Shown here: in pieces, positions 7,779 to 16,871 of the stretch
How the letters are laid out: each line of letters begins with the position of its first letter
Numbering within the stretch: position 1 is the first letter of the stretch
Assembly: GCA_002839285.1 (NCBI GenBank)
Contig: PGXT01000027.1
Location: 22,908 to 44,962 of the forward strand
Origin: Spirochaetae bacterium HGW-Spirochaetae-5
GTDB taxonomy: Bacteria > Spirochaetota > UBA4802 > UBA5550
Length of the DNA: 22,055 nt
Direction of reading: 5' to 3'
Made by a program: the position numbers and the translations under genes
The notes under the pieces: model-generated
Database searches by the model: none
What the model was told of the DNA's origin: nothing
Seen by the model: only the letters and a program-made list of their open reading frames with translations

Positions 7779-8085
7779 TTTACCGGAAATTTAGTGATAA
7801 GGATTCAGGAACCATGCAGAATGCAACTATTTTAAAAAGTCAGAATAGGATAAAATTAAAATCTGCCGGAACAGACTCCATAAAACAGCTCTGCAAATCA
7901 CATAAAAGATAGCAAAATCCGTTTTTTTCTTGTATAAAAATTAAGTTATTCTTTATTAGGAATCAGCGTATTTAATCGATTATCACCTGTTTAAAATTCA
8001 GCCGTTTTGAAATGATAATTGAATACTTACAATGCCAGTGATAGTGCAATTGTACCCATTCCAAACAAAAAAAGGAGTTACTTTA

Positions 8086-8858
8086 TGGTTCAACAAATAA
8101 TTGAAGATAATATCATGATTGCCAAATTCGACAATCCCCCTGCCTACTCCATGACTTTTGATTGTCTTAATGTCATTAGAGATGCAGTGAAAAAAGTCAA
8201 TGAAGATGATTCTCTCAAGGGACTTATCTTTACAGGCGAAGGGAAATTTTTCTGCTCAGGTTTCGACCTCCCGACATTTATAAGTTTCAAGACAAGGGAG
8301 GATGTTCTCGGTTTTTTCAACGTTGAAGAAGAGATGCTATATGAAATATTTACATGTAAAAAACCTGTAATTGCGGCTATCAACGGTCACTGTACTGCAG
8401 GGGGATTTATTGTGGCAATGGGTTGTGATTACAGAATTGCCACTGATAACCCTAAAGCAAAAATGGGAATGACTGAAACTAAAATCGGTCTCTCACTTAC
8501 AATTGCTGAAATGGAACTTGTAAGATCGGGACTTAACAACGATAAACTTGTACGTGACATCATGTATGACGGCGAAAGACACAGTTTTGAGCAGGGGAAA
8601 GAGATGGGTTTTGTTGACCAGATCGTTCCTGAAGCTGAACTTATGGACGCAGCGAAAAAAAGAATAACATACTGGTGGGATCAGCCGGGTCATGCCTTTA
8701 CAAACCTGAAATACTGTTTAAGATACCCTATAGCATCACAGATGAGATACAGACTCGACAATGAGAACTGGCAGGACAGTCTCTGCGAAGCAATAACAAA
8801 TCCGCAGCTGAAAGCAATTTTTGAAATGGTTCAAAAAGCAATGTCCGGCGGGAAATAA
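8086..8858 (+). CDS. Enoyl-CoA hydratase/isomerase (crotonase) family protein
   Basis: Oxyanion-hole motifs FCSGFDL and AAINGHCTAGGFIVAMGCDYRIA. Strong RBS aaaAGGAGttactttATG at 8086. The in-frame extension back to 8019 lacks an RBS and is probably not translated. Confidence 0.85.
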
Positions 8859-8866
8859 AAGGATAA

Positions 8867-8942
8867 CCCCGTATGGGCAGTAGGGGCAAAAGATTTTTTG
8901 CCCCTACTGCCATCCCGATGTCCCTCTTTTCGGGGCATGGGG
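8867..8942 (+). other. Compact GC-rich structured element: 16 bp hairpin GGCAGTAGGGGCAAAA/TTTTGCCCCTACTGCC (8876-8911) plus a second 7 bp hairpin with a G-U pair (8918-8938), bracketed by CCCC (8867-8870)/GGGG (8939-8942)
   Basis: Seen in sequence, 9 nt after the enoyl-CoA hydratase stop. No U-tract follows on either strand, so it is not a canonical intrinsic terminator. The G-U wobble favours folding as a + strand RNA. Confidence 0.35.
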
Positions 8943-9161
8943 GCTCCTAAAAAAAGCTTGACGATTACGCCTTTTAAACTTCTTCTTTAATACTTAAAGT
9001 AATTAAAAATTATAAAAATTTAGTGGATCCGGCGATTTTAAAACCGTACCATTAACATACAGCAGCAATTCCTGAACTTATTTATAAAGGAATCAGCATT
9101 GTTTGAATATAATTTTATACTAAAAATGCTCTGCATTTAACTGAAAATAAGGATCAATAAT

Positions 9162-9626
9162 ATGAAAACAATCGAAGGAAAACTTGACGCAACGGGACTT
9201 AAGTTCGGCATAGTCGTATCCCGTTTTAACGAATTTATCACCAGCAGACTTCTTGGCGGTGCTGTTGACTGTCTTAAAAGAAATAACGCAAATGATGACG
9301 ACATCACTGTTATGTGGGTTCCCGGAGCCTTTGAAATACCCGCGGCAGCCACACGCATGGTTCAGTCAAAAAAATATGACGCCATAATCTGTCTTGGAAC
9401 AGTTATAAGGGGTGCCACACCGCACTTTGATTATGTATCCGCAGAAGTTACAAAGGGTGTGGGACAGCTCAGCCTTAAAGCGGAGGTTCCTGTAATATTC
9501 GGAGTACTTACAACAGATTCAATTGAGCAGGCTGTGGAGAGAGCCGGTACCAAATCTGGGAATAAAGGATTTGATGCTGCAATGTCTGCAATAGAAATGT
9601 CTAACCTTTTTAAACAGATTAACTAA
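9162..9626 (+). CDS. ribH: 6,7-dimethyl-8-ribityllumazine synthase
   Basis: 154 aa. [12 protein letters not shown]...[11 protein letters not shown]...[17 protein letters not shown] are hallmark RibH motifs. RBS AAGGAtcaataatATG. Followed by nusB with a TAATG overlap, the conserved ribH-nusB pair. Confidence 0.95.
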   Translation: MKTIEGKLDATGLKFGIVVSRFNEFITSRLLGGAVDCLKRNNANDDDITVMWVPGAFEIPAAATRMVQSKKYDAIICLGTVIRGATPHFDYVSAEVTKGVGQLSLKAEVPVIFGVLTTDSIEQAVERAGTKSGNKGFDAAMSAIEMSNLFKQIN

Positions 9627-10039
9627 TGGGACAGAGACACAAAGCAAGAGAACATGCGCTTCAGGGACTCTATATGTACGAAGTCTCCAAGTCGACTGTT
9701 GACAATATTATAGAATTTGAATGGCTCGATGGTGAAATAGCCGAAGATGAAGAAAAATTCGCGGTACAGCTTATACAGGGTGTAATAAAAGAGATCGAAA
9801 GAATCGATACTATAATAACAGATTACTCAAAAAACTGGAAGTTTGAAAGAATAGCCATCATCGACAAGTCTATTCTAAGGCTTGCCATATACGAAATGCT
9901 TTTCATAAAGGATATACCCGCTATTGTAACAATCAACGAGTGTATCGATCTGGGCAAAACTTTCGGAGGGGAAAACTCCGGTCAGTTTATAAACGGGATT
10001 CTTGACGCTGTAAAGAAACAGGAACTCAGGGAGGGTTGA
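9626..10039 (+). CDS. nusB: Transcription antitermination factor NusB
   Basis: 137 aa. N-terminal RHKAREHALQGLY and the conserved NusB fold signature. Its start overlaps the ribH stop by 1 nt (translational coupling). Confidence 0.9.
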   Translation: MGQRHKAREHALQGLYMYEVSKSTVDNIIEFEWLDGEIAEDEEKFAVQLIQGVIKEIERIDTIITDYSKNWKFERIAIIDKSILRLAIYEMLFIKDIPAIVTINECIDLGKTFGGENSGQFINGILDAVKKQELREG

Positions 10040-12099
10040 TAAACCTTGTGAAGATTGGAAGAAGCCGTAAGGACAGCTCCGAATTCGATATTCATATCGA
10101 AAAAAACAGAATCAACGAAATTGAAACTGTTCAGATCGAGACCGGCAGAAAAGAGCCGATGTCATCAAAACAGAAGTACACTATTCTCATACTCGGATTG
10201 GCATCGGTATCTCTTATTTCAGCTCTTCTTATTATCAACTTTTTCTATAACAGATCCGGCAAATTCACTGCCGGTGAAAACAATCTGACAACCGGAAGCG
10301 ATGTAATGCAGGGGAAGGAACTGCTTACTCCATTTCAGACAGAGAATCCCCAGCTTAAAAAAGCCATAGCCAGCTACAACAGCGGATACATACCAAATGC
10401 AATCACAGAATTCACCGATGTTGTAGAGTCCACCGCAGTTCCTAAAGACAAAGCAATTGCCCTTATTTATCTTGGGATTATTGCAGACCGCAAAGGTGAG
10501 TACGACAATGCTATAAACTATTTTAAACGTGCTGAAAACTACGACGAATACAATCCCGAAATATACCTCAACATGGCACGGACTTACAGAAAAAAGAGAG
10601 ATTACAACAACGCGGTAAAGTATGCAGAAAAATCATCGGAACTTATTCCTGATGATGTTAATCCTCTGATTCTTCTGGGGAATATTAACTATGAACTTAC
10701 TAACTGGGATGAAGCGATAAGATACTACGAGAAAGCCCTGAAGATTGACAGCAATAATCCATCCCTTCTCTACAACATGGCTCTGGCGCTTTTCAAAAAG
10801 GGGGAAAGATTCCCCGCACTTGAATTTCTGAAAAAGGCTGCCGAATCTGATAAAATCGGAGATGTGGCGTACAACTCCTACTCGCGTCTTGGAGCTGAAT
10901 TTCTTGAGAGCAATATGTTCGACCTGGCGGAAAAATATCTTGTACAGGCCACCAGACTCAGACCGCAGGACCCCGTGGGGCGATACAATCTAGCCGTCGC
11001 TTATTTAAGACAGAATAAAAATGCCGAAGCCCTGAAAGAACTGGAGGAATCTGAACGGTTAAGCCAGGGGGATATGATGCTCCTTGAAAACATCGGAGAA
11101 TCGTACTTCGCCCTGAAGGATTACGACCGGAGCCTGAGGTCATACGGCAAAGTGATGGAGACCTCCAGCAGAAATGTAAAAATACTCTCCCGTATAGGCG
11201 AGATCTATTACGCCAAGGGTGATCTTGAAAGAGCATATGAATCTTACAGAAAGGTCACACAAATTCAGCCGGCCACGGAAAACGCGCGCATTGCATATCT
11301 GAACATGGGCAACATTCTTGATGACGCGCAGAGGTTTGAAGATTCGATCAGAGCATACGAATCGGCCATTGCAATCAGAGACAACGATGACCTTGCGTAC
11401 TACAATCTTGGAATTGCCTACAAACATTACGATAAGCCTGCCATGGCTATAAACTCATGGAGAAAGGCAATACAGATCAATCCAGGGAACATTAAAGCGC
11501 GGCTTGCCATGGCGGATTATTATTACGAGCAGGGGTACAACGATCAGGCCGAGAAGGAGTATCAGGAGATAATCTACAAATGGCCAGACAATCAGGAAGC
11601 CCTTTTTAAACTGGGAACGATTTACCATAAACATAAAAATTACAAGGACGCACAGAAGGCATATTCAAGGGTTGTGGAAGCAGGTGAATCTACCGAGCTT
11701 TCAAGAAAAGCAATGATCAATCAGGCGATAGTCTCATCGGGAGAGCGCGGCGATGAGGATAGCCTGAACAATTCAATTAAAATGATACAGAAAGCTCTGC
11801 TTCTTAAACCGGACGATTCCGATGCTCTGCTTGCTCTTGGAATTATTTACGCGCGGAAAGAGATGCACAGCAAAGCGGTTGAGGCATTCTATCAGTCTAT
11901 AAAGTCATCAAGGGACAACAAAATGACGGCTGAAGCATATAACAATATGGGGAAGAGTTATTACCAGATGAAAGAGTATAAAAAATCCGTGCAGGCATTT
12001 ACCCGCGGTGTTGAAGAGGATTCGTCCAATGAAGAGATACGCATAAACAGAAAAACTGCCGTACAGGCATATGAAGAGCAGCTGGAAAGAGAGAGATGA
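10036..12099 (+). CDS. Tetratricopeptide-repeat protein with a single N-terminal TM helix
   Basis: More than 12 TPR units with the repeated pattern A..Y..A/G...Y..A...Y..AL..P. TM helix YTILILGLASVSLISALLIINFF. The start is uncertain. TTG at 10036 overlaps the nusB stop but is only 1 nt from the SD; the alternatives are GTG at 10048 or ATG at 10159. The stop overlaps the dgt start (ATGA). Confidence 0.8.
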   Translation: MINLVKIGRSRKDSSEFDIHIEKNRINEIETVQIETGRKEPMSSKQKYTILILGLASVSLISALLIINFFYNRSGKFTAGENNLTTGSDVMQGKELLTPFQTENPQLKKAIASYNSGYIPNAITEFTDVVESTAVPKDKAIALIYLGIIADRKGEYDNAINYFKRAENYDEYNPEIYLNMARTYRKKRDYNNAVKYAEKSSELIPDDVNPLILLGNINYELTNWDEAIRYYEKALKIDSNNPSLLYNMALALFKKGERFPALEFLKKAAESDKIGDVAYNSYSRLGAEFLESNMFDLAEKYLVQATRLRPQDPVGRYNLAVAYLRQNKNAEALKELEESERLSQGDMMLLENIGESYFALKDYDRSLRSYGKVMETSSRNVKILSRIGEIYYAKGDLERAYESYRKVTQIQPATENARIAYLNMGNILDDAQRFEDSIRAYESAIAIRDNDDLAYYNLGIAYKHYDKPAMAINSWRKAIQINPGNIKARLAMADYYYEQGYNDQAEKEYQEIIYKWPDNQEALFKLGTIYHKHKNYKDAQKAYSRVVEAGESTELSRKAMINQAIVSSGERGDEDSLNNSIKMIQKALLLKPDDSDALLALGIIYARKEMHSKAVEAFYQSIKSSRDNKMTAEAYNNMGKSYYQMKEYKKSVQAFTRGVEEDSSNEEIRINRKTAVQAYEEQLERER

Positions 12100-13250
12100 T
12101 AAACGCAGACAGAGCATTCCTCCAGAATCTTGAAGAGACAAGCCTTGCATCATACGCGGCCAGGTCATCAGAAACAAAGGGGAGAGATCACGCTGAATCG
12201 AGTCACGCCTACCGCACGGAATACCAGCGCGACAGAGAGAGGATAATACATTCACGCGCGTTCAGAAGACTTGAATACAAAACCCAGGTTTTTATAAATC
12301 ACGAAGGTGACCACTACAGAACACGGCTTACCCATACAATAGAGGTGGCACAAATCTCAAGAGCAGTCTCCCGGGCTCTCAGACTTAACGAGGATTTAGC
12401 AGAAAGTATTGCTCTTGCCCATGACCTTGGACATACGCCATTCGGCCATGTGGGGGAGAAGGAACTTAACAGGCTTCTGAAAGATCACGGCGGTTTTGAG
12501 CACAACAGGCAGAGTCTCCGTGTTGTTGAAGTTCTTGAAAAAAGATACAGCAGTTTCCCGGGACTTAATCTCACATGGGAAACCCGCGAAGGTATTATAA
12601 AACACTCCAGCCCATACGACAGACCGGAAACTTCCGATTTTCTCCCGGGTGAAAATGCATCGCTTGAGGCTCAGATCATTGATCTTGCCGATGAAATTGC
12701 CTACAATAACCACGACCTTGATGACGGCATAACATCGGGCCTTCTCGATTATGACGGTGTAATAAAGCTTGAAATATGGGAACTTGCAAAAGAATTATAC
12801 GGCAGACCTCTCCCGGATTCAAAAAAATCAGCAGCACGGGAGATTATCAGAACAATTATAAATCTTCTGGTTACTGATCTTATAAATTCAACAGTCAAAA
12901 ACATCAATGATAACAATATTCATTCATATCAGGATGTTAAACAATCACCCGTTAAGCTTGCAGGTTTTTCAAATGACATCAGCAAAGCTAATAACGAACT
13001 GAAGAAATTCCTTAGAAAAAATATGTACCAGCATTACAGAGTTACAAGGATGTCGCTTAAATCACAAAAAGTAATAAATGAACTCTTCAACATCTACACA
13101 GAGCATCCCGACACCCTCCCGGAGAGATACGCCGAAGAGATTGAACAGCATGGTCTGATACGGACTGTAACAGACTTCATCGCCGGAATGACAGACCGCT
13201 TTGCCCTTGAAGAGTATAAAAAATTAACCGACCCATTTATCAGAGTTTAG
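12096..13250 (+). CDS. dgt: dGTP triphosphohydrolase-like HD-domain protein (short-form dGTPase)
   Basis: 384 aa. HSRAFRRLEYKTQVF, RLTHTIEVAQISR, HDLGHTPFGHVGE and DLADEIAY are the canonical dGTPase/HD motifs. ATGA overlap with the upstream TPR gene. Confidence 0.9.
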   Translation: MINADRAFLQNLEETSLASYAARSSETKGRDHAESSHAYRTEYQRDRERIIHSRAFRRLEYKTQVFINHEGDHYRTRLTHTIEVAQISRAVSRALRLNEDLAESIALAHDLGHTPFGHVGEKELNRLLKDHGGFEHNRQSLRVVEVLEKRYSSFPGLNLTWETREGIIKHSSPYDRPETSDFLPGENASLEAQIIDLADEIAYNNHDLDDGITSGLLDYDGVIKLEIWELAKELYGRPLPDSKKSAAREIIRTIINLLVTDLINSTVKNINDNNIHSYQDVKQSPVKLAGFSNDISKANNELKKFLRKNMYQHYRVTRMSLKSQKVINELFNIYTEHPDTLPERYAEEIEQHGLIRTVTDFIAGMTDRFALEEYKKLTDPFIRV

Positions 13251-13258
13251 GAGAAAAT

Positions 13259-13765
13259 ATGGAGATTCAATTTCCTGAAATACCCGATTACATCAAAGAA
13301 CTGATCGCTTCCGGAAGCGGAATTGATGAGATATTGATAGACAAAGAAGGGGTATGGTACCACAACGGCGAAAAATTCACCAATGAAAAGATACTGAATT
13401 TTTTCGGAAGATCAGTCAACATAACAGCCGATGGAGAATATGTTATTCATTACGGTGAATACACTTATCCTATAAAAGTAGAAGATACTCCGTATTTTAT
13501 AACAGGCGTAACATTCAGCGGTTTCGGAAATTTCGAAACAGTTCTCCTCAACCTCTCATCGGGAGAGACTGAAGAACTGAACTGCAATACCCTCTACTGT
13601 AAAAAAAACAATGCGCTCTACTGCAGAATTAAAAACGGAACAATGCCGGCTAAATTTAAAAGATCACCCTCTTTCAATATTCTTGAAAGACTTGAAGAGG
13701 GGAGCGACGGGAAGTTCCATTTAAAATTATGCGGACAGATAATTGATCTTATAATTAAGGACTAA
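13259..13765 (+). CDS. Conserved hypothetical protein, probably DUF1285 family
   Basis: 168 aa with RBS TTAGGAGaaaatATG. The pattern IDKEGVWYHNGEKF...ILNFF...DGEYVIHYGEYTYPIKVEDTPYF resembles the I.RDG.W.H.G..I...L..LF...L...GEY.L.TP.E...I.VED.PF signature as I recall it for DUF1285. Four Cys lie in the C-terminal half. Confidence 0.55.
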   Translation: MEIQFPEIPDYIKELIASGSGIDEILIDKEGVWYHNGEKFTNEKILNFFGRSVNITADGEYVIHYGEYTYPIKVEDTPYFITGVTFSGFGNFETVLLNLSSGETEELNCNTLYCKKNNALYCRIKNGTMPAKFKRSPSFNILERLEEGSDGKFHLKLCGQIIDLIIKD

Positions 13766-13768
13766 ACA

Positions 13769-14995
13769 GTGAAAAAATATATTAATTCCATGCTTCTTCT
13801 TTCTATTGCCGGAGTCGTAGTATCCGGAGTTCTGCTTTATCAGCATTATTTCCCTGATTTCGAAATGGGGTTCATCACATGCGGTAAGGGATTTTCAAAT
13901 CCATGCATAACCGTCGGACAGTCAAAATATTCAACACTTTTCGGTCTTCCGGTTGCGGCATACGGCCTGTTTTATTTTATTTTATTATCTTTTTTAATAC
14001 TTGTAGCTGATTACGCTCAGGATAAGTTTTATAAAATTTTATGCGGAATTATATTTCCACTGATTATTGTCGGGCTTTTTTCAGATGTGGTTCTGGGAAT
14101 TTTAATGATAAAAATCGGTGAAATATGCGGGCTGTGTATTTTCACTTATGTTCTGAATATTTTACTATTTGTTATTATGATTTTGTTTATAAAGAATAAT
14201 TTCAGCAGAAAAGAGATTATAGATTCAGTTCTTAATTTTTTTAAACCTGCCAATTCAGATGAGAAGGCATCACTCTCTCTTTCCATACTGTTCTCTTTTT
14301 TTCTCGCATTTGCTGTATTTACCAGCACAAATATAATCAAGATGAAATCGGGAGTAAACAAAACTCCGGAAGCTCAGAAGGCAAAGCATTTAACAACTTT
14401 CTACAATCAGCAGCCTGAGCAGATTGATTATATTAAAAGCAATATGGCCATGGGGAATGACAACGCAAAAGTCAAAATCTATATTTTCAATGACTTTCTC
14501 TGCTCTGCCTGTTATAAACTCTATCAGATTGAAAAATCTATTTTTGCAAAATATAAAAACAGCATACAGATAATCTACTACCACTACCCTCTTGATTCGG
14601 CCTGTAATAAATACATGGATGATTCGGTATACATGAACTCGTGCATGGCATCTCAATCAATGTATGCGGCTGCAGAGGCCGGTTTTTTTGAAGAGTACTT
14701 CTATGTGCATTTTTCAGATTATGCCAGCTACAAAGATTCATTTGAAAAGGATAATGTTACAAAAAACATCAGTGATACTGAAAAACAGTTTAAAATCAAA
14801 CCCGATTCAAAACAGAAATTTGTATCTATAATGGAAAACAACAGCGGTGATTTACAAATAAAAGAGCATATTGAATTTGCAGAAAAACTTAAAATTGAAG
14901 CAACACCGACAATTATCATTGCCGGGAGAAAAATAGTAGGTGTGCCGCCGAAGGAGATTCTTGAAAGTATTATCGATACTGAACTTTCAAAATAA
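13769..14995 (+). CDS. Vitamin K epoxide reductase (VKOR) domain fused to a periplasmic thioredoxin/DsbA-like domain (bacterial DsbB-analogue)
   Basis: GTG start 3 nt after the DUF1285 stop. Five TM helices, a loop Cys pair (CGKGFSNPC) and an in-membrane CGLC active site. The C-terminal domain has the CSAC thioredoxin motif (FNDFLCSACYKL). Confidence 0.8.
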   Translation: MKKYINSMLLLSIAGVVVSGVLLYQHYFPDFEMGFITCGKGFSNPCITVGQSKYSTLFGLPVAAYGLFYFILLSFLILVADYAQDKFYKILCGIIFPLIIVGLFSDVVLGILMIKIGEICGLCIFTYVLNILLFVIMILFIKNNFSRKEIIDSVLNFFKPANSDEKASLSLSILFSFFLAFAVFTSTNIIKMKSGVNKTPEAQKAKHLTTFYNQQPEQIDYIKSNMAMGNDNAKVKIYIFNDFLCSACYKLYQIEKSIFAKYKNSIQIIYYHYPLDSACNKYMDDSVYMNSCMASQSMYAAAEAGFFEEYFYVHFSDYASYKDSFEKDNVTKNISDTEKQFKIKPDSKQKFVSIMENNSGDLQIKEHIEFAEKLKIEATPTIIIAGRKIVGVPPKEILESIIDTELSK

Positions 14996-14998
14996 TAC

Positions 14999-16871
14999 CT
15001 AAAGCATATCAACAGGATCTATATCTATTTCAACATATACAGCCTTTGATTTAAAAGAATCAAGGGCTGTTTTAATTAGAGCAGTAAGATCCTTCAGTTT
15101 ACTGCTTTTCAAAATTATATGATACCGGTAGTTCCCCCCGATTTTAGTGAGAGGAGCAGGTGACGGTCCCAGAATCATTATCTTCGGGAACTTCTCCGAT
15201 CCGGTCTTCTTAAGAATTTCAGCCAGAGTATCTGCCGATTCACAGACTGTGTCCTCATCTTTGCCGCGGATTACAATCCGTGCCAGCCTTGTGAAAGGGG
15301 GATAATTGATCATCTTCCGTATCTTCAACTCTTCCCTATAAAATCCGGAATAGTCCTGTCTTTTCAGATAATCAAAAATTATATGCTCCTCATTCAGTGT
15401 TTGAATTATAACACGCCCTTCACTCCCCCCTCGCCCCGATCTTCCAGACAGCTGCATGAGAAGTGAAAATATTTTTTCCGTCGCCCTGAAGTCGGGCATA
15501 TTGAGCCCGATGTCCGCCATTATTATTCCGGCAACGGTTACGCCGTGAAAATCGAATCCCTTTGAAATCATCTGAGTCCCTAAAAGAATATCGATCTCCC
15601 TTTTATGCATCTGTTCAAGAAGATCGAATACTGCATCCTTTTTCCTGGCACTATCCTGATCGAGCCGGAAGACTCTGTAATCGGGAAACTCCTTTGTAAT
15701 TGTCTCTTCAATTTTCTGTGTACCGGAACCGAGCTTAAGTATAGATTCAGATCCGCATTTGGAACACTTAACAGGGACATCCGCTGAATACCCGCAGTAG
15801 TGGCAGAGCATCCCCTTCCCCCTGTGATAATTCATTCCAATACTGCAATCGGGGCATTCGGCGGCAGTACCGCAGTCTCCGCATAAAACAAACGGTGCAA
15901 AACCTCTACGGTTCAGAAGATATACAGCCTGATTACCCTCTTTTACGGCTCTGTTTGTAAAAAGCTTCAATCTTGGAGTTATCTCTTCGCTGCTGTTTTT
16001 TAATTTCACAATTTCAATCAGGGGGAGCTTACCCTCACCGTATCTTTCGCTCAGGGTATGAAGCTCAATAACACCCCGTTCCGCGGCATAGAGAGTTTCA
16101 ATTGAGGGAGTAGCGGAACCGAGTATAACCTTTGCATTCTCTGTCTCGCTCCTGTGAAAAGCAATTCTTCTTGCATTATATCTTGGTGTACTCTGCCATT
16201 GCCTCACCTTTGTAGAATTTCTTCCAGTTAGCCAGTCGCTGATTCTGCGTGAGGTGACTATGGTAGACAATAAGATTATCTCCAAAGACTTTATATAATC
16301 TTTCATAAATCTGAGATGAAAGTGTAATTTCCGGGACAAGATAAATTACAGAGAGTCCTTTTGAAACAGCATCAATTGCCGCGCTCATATATACTTCGGT
16401 CTTGCCGCTGCCGGTTATTCCAAAAATAAGATGAGTTTTTTTTTCTGAAGAGAGTATTTTTTCGTATATCTCTTTCTGCTGCCCGGTTAAAATTATCCCG
16501 CTGTCCTGAATCTGCCTTACCCGTGAATTACGGGGCCTGGACTTTGAGCTCTCACCGGCCGGAAGGGCTTTCCCCAGAGCTTCACCCACGGAGGAGAGAT
16601 AAGATTCCGAAACATACTCTGCAAGTCTGATAATCCGTTCATCATAAATCGGCTCATCGTCAATGCGCGACTCAATATCTTTAAGCTCTATCCCTTCGGG
16701 CATATTACTATGAACCGAAGATACATACCCGGTCATCTTCCGCCCTGCGAAATTCACAACAACCCTCATTCCGGCAACAAGAATCATACCATCCGGAATT
16801 TTGTATGTAAACGATCTTGTGACGGGTGAATTAATAAATATATCAGCAACGGAAGGTTTAGTGGGGGTCAT
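14999..16871 (-). pseudogene. priA: Primosomal protein N' (PriA), disrupted: two overlapping out-of-frame ORFs (16871..16176 and 16339..14999) with helicase motif II (DExH) missing
   Basis: The N-terminal fragment has the PriA N-terminus, Walker A GITGSGKTEVY and ...IVYHSHLTQNQRLANWKKFYKGEA, then stops (MAEYTKI*). Homology resumes in another frame near 16198 with WQSTPRYNARRIAFHRSE...ILGSATPSIETLY, the Cys4-Cys4 zinc-binding region (CGDCG..CPDC..CHYCG..CSKCG) and the C-terminal domain. The approximately 30 residues that in E. coli PriA read [32 protein letters not shown] are absent. Confidence 0.8.

Noticed and set aside
8019-8085. N-terminal extension of the enoyl-CoA hydratase ORF (start at 8019)
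   Set aside because: There is no RBS before 8019. A strong AGGAG lies 8 nt before the ATG at 8086. The extension (MNTYNASDSAIVPIPNKKRSYF) has no similarity to crotonase N-termini.
649-8913. Numerous 60-120 aa ORFs in the six-frame track that overlap or lie antisense to the annotated genes (e.g. 649-837, 970-1167, 1553-1738, 2846-3175, 2859-3062, 3647-3838, 3991-4266, 4375-4581, 4738-5192, 6093-6878, 7589-7912, 8144-8913)
   Set aside because: They sit entirely inside or antisense to longer ORFs that have clear family signatures and RBSs. They have low-complexity or odd composition, no RBS and no recognisable motifs. The 4911-5192 ORF is an alternative-frame artefact of the GAA/GCA-rich flotillin coiled-coil region.
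8867-8942. Possible tRNA, since the element is tRNA-sized (76 nt) with three stems
   Set aside because: It has no GTTCRA T-loop, no D-loop GG, no 7 nt anticodon loop geometry and no acceptor-stem/CCA arrangement. The longest stem is 16 bp, which is incompatible with a cloverleaf.
8859-9161. FMN (RFN) riboswitch upstream of ribH
   Set aside because: None of the conserved RFN segments is present (GGAUUCAGUGAAAUUCUGAAGCCGACAGU-like core, AGGAUGGG terminal motif). ribH-nusB without a riboswitch is common.
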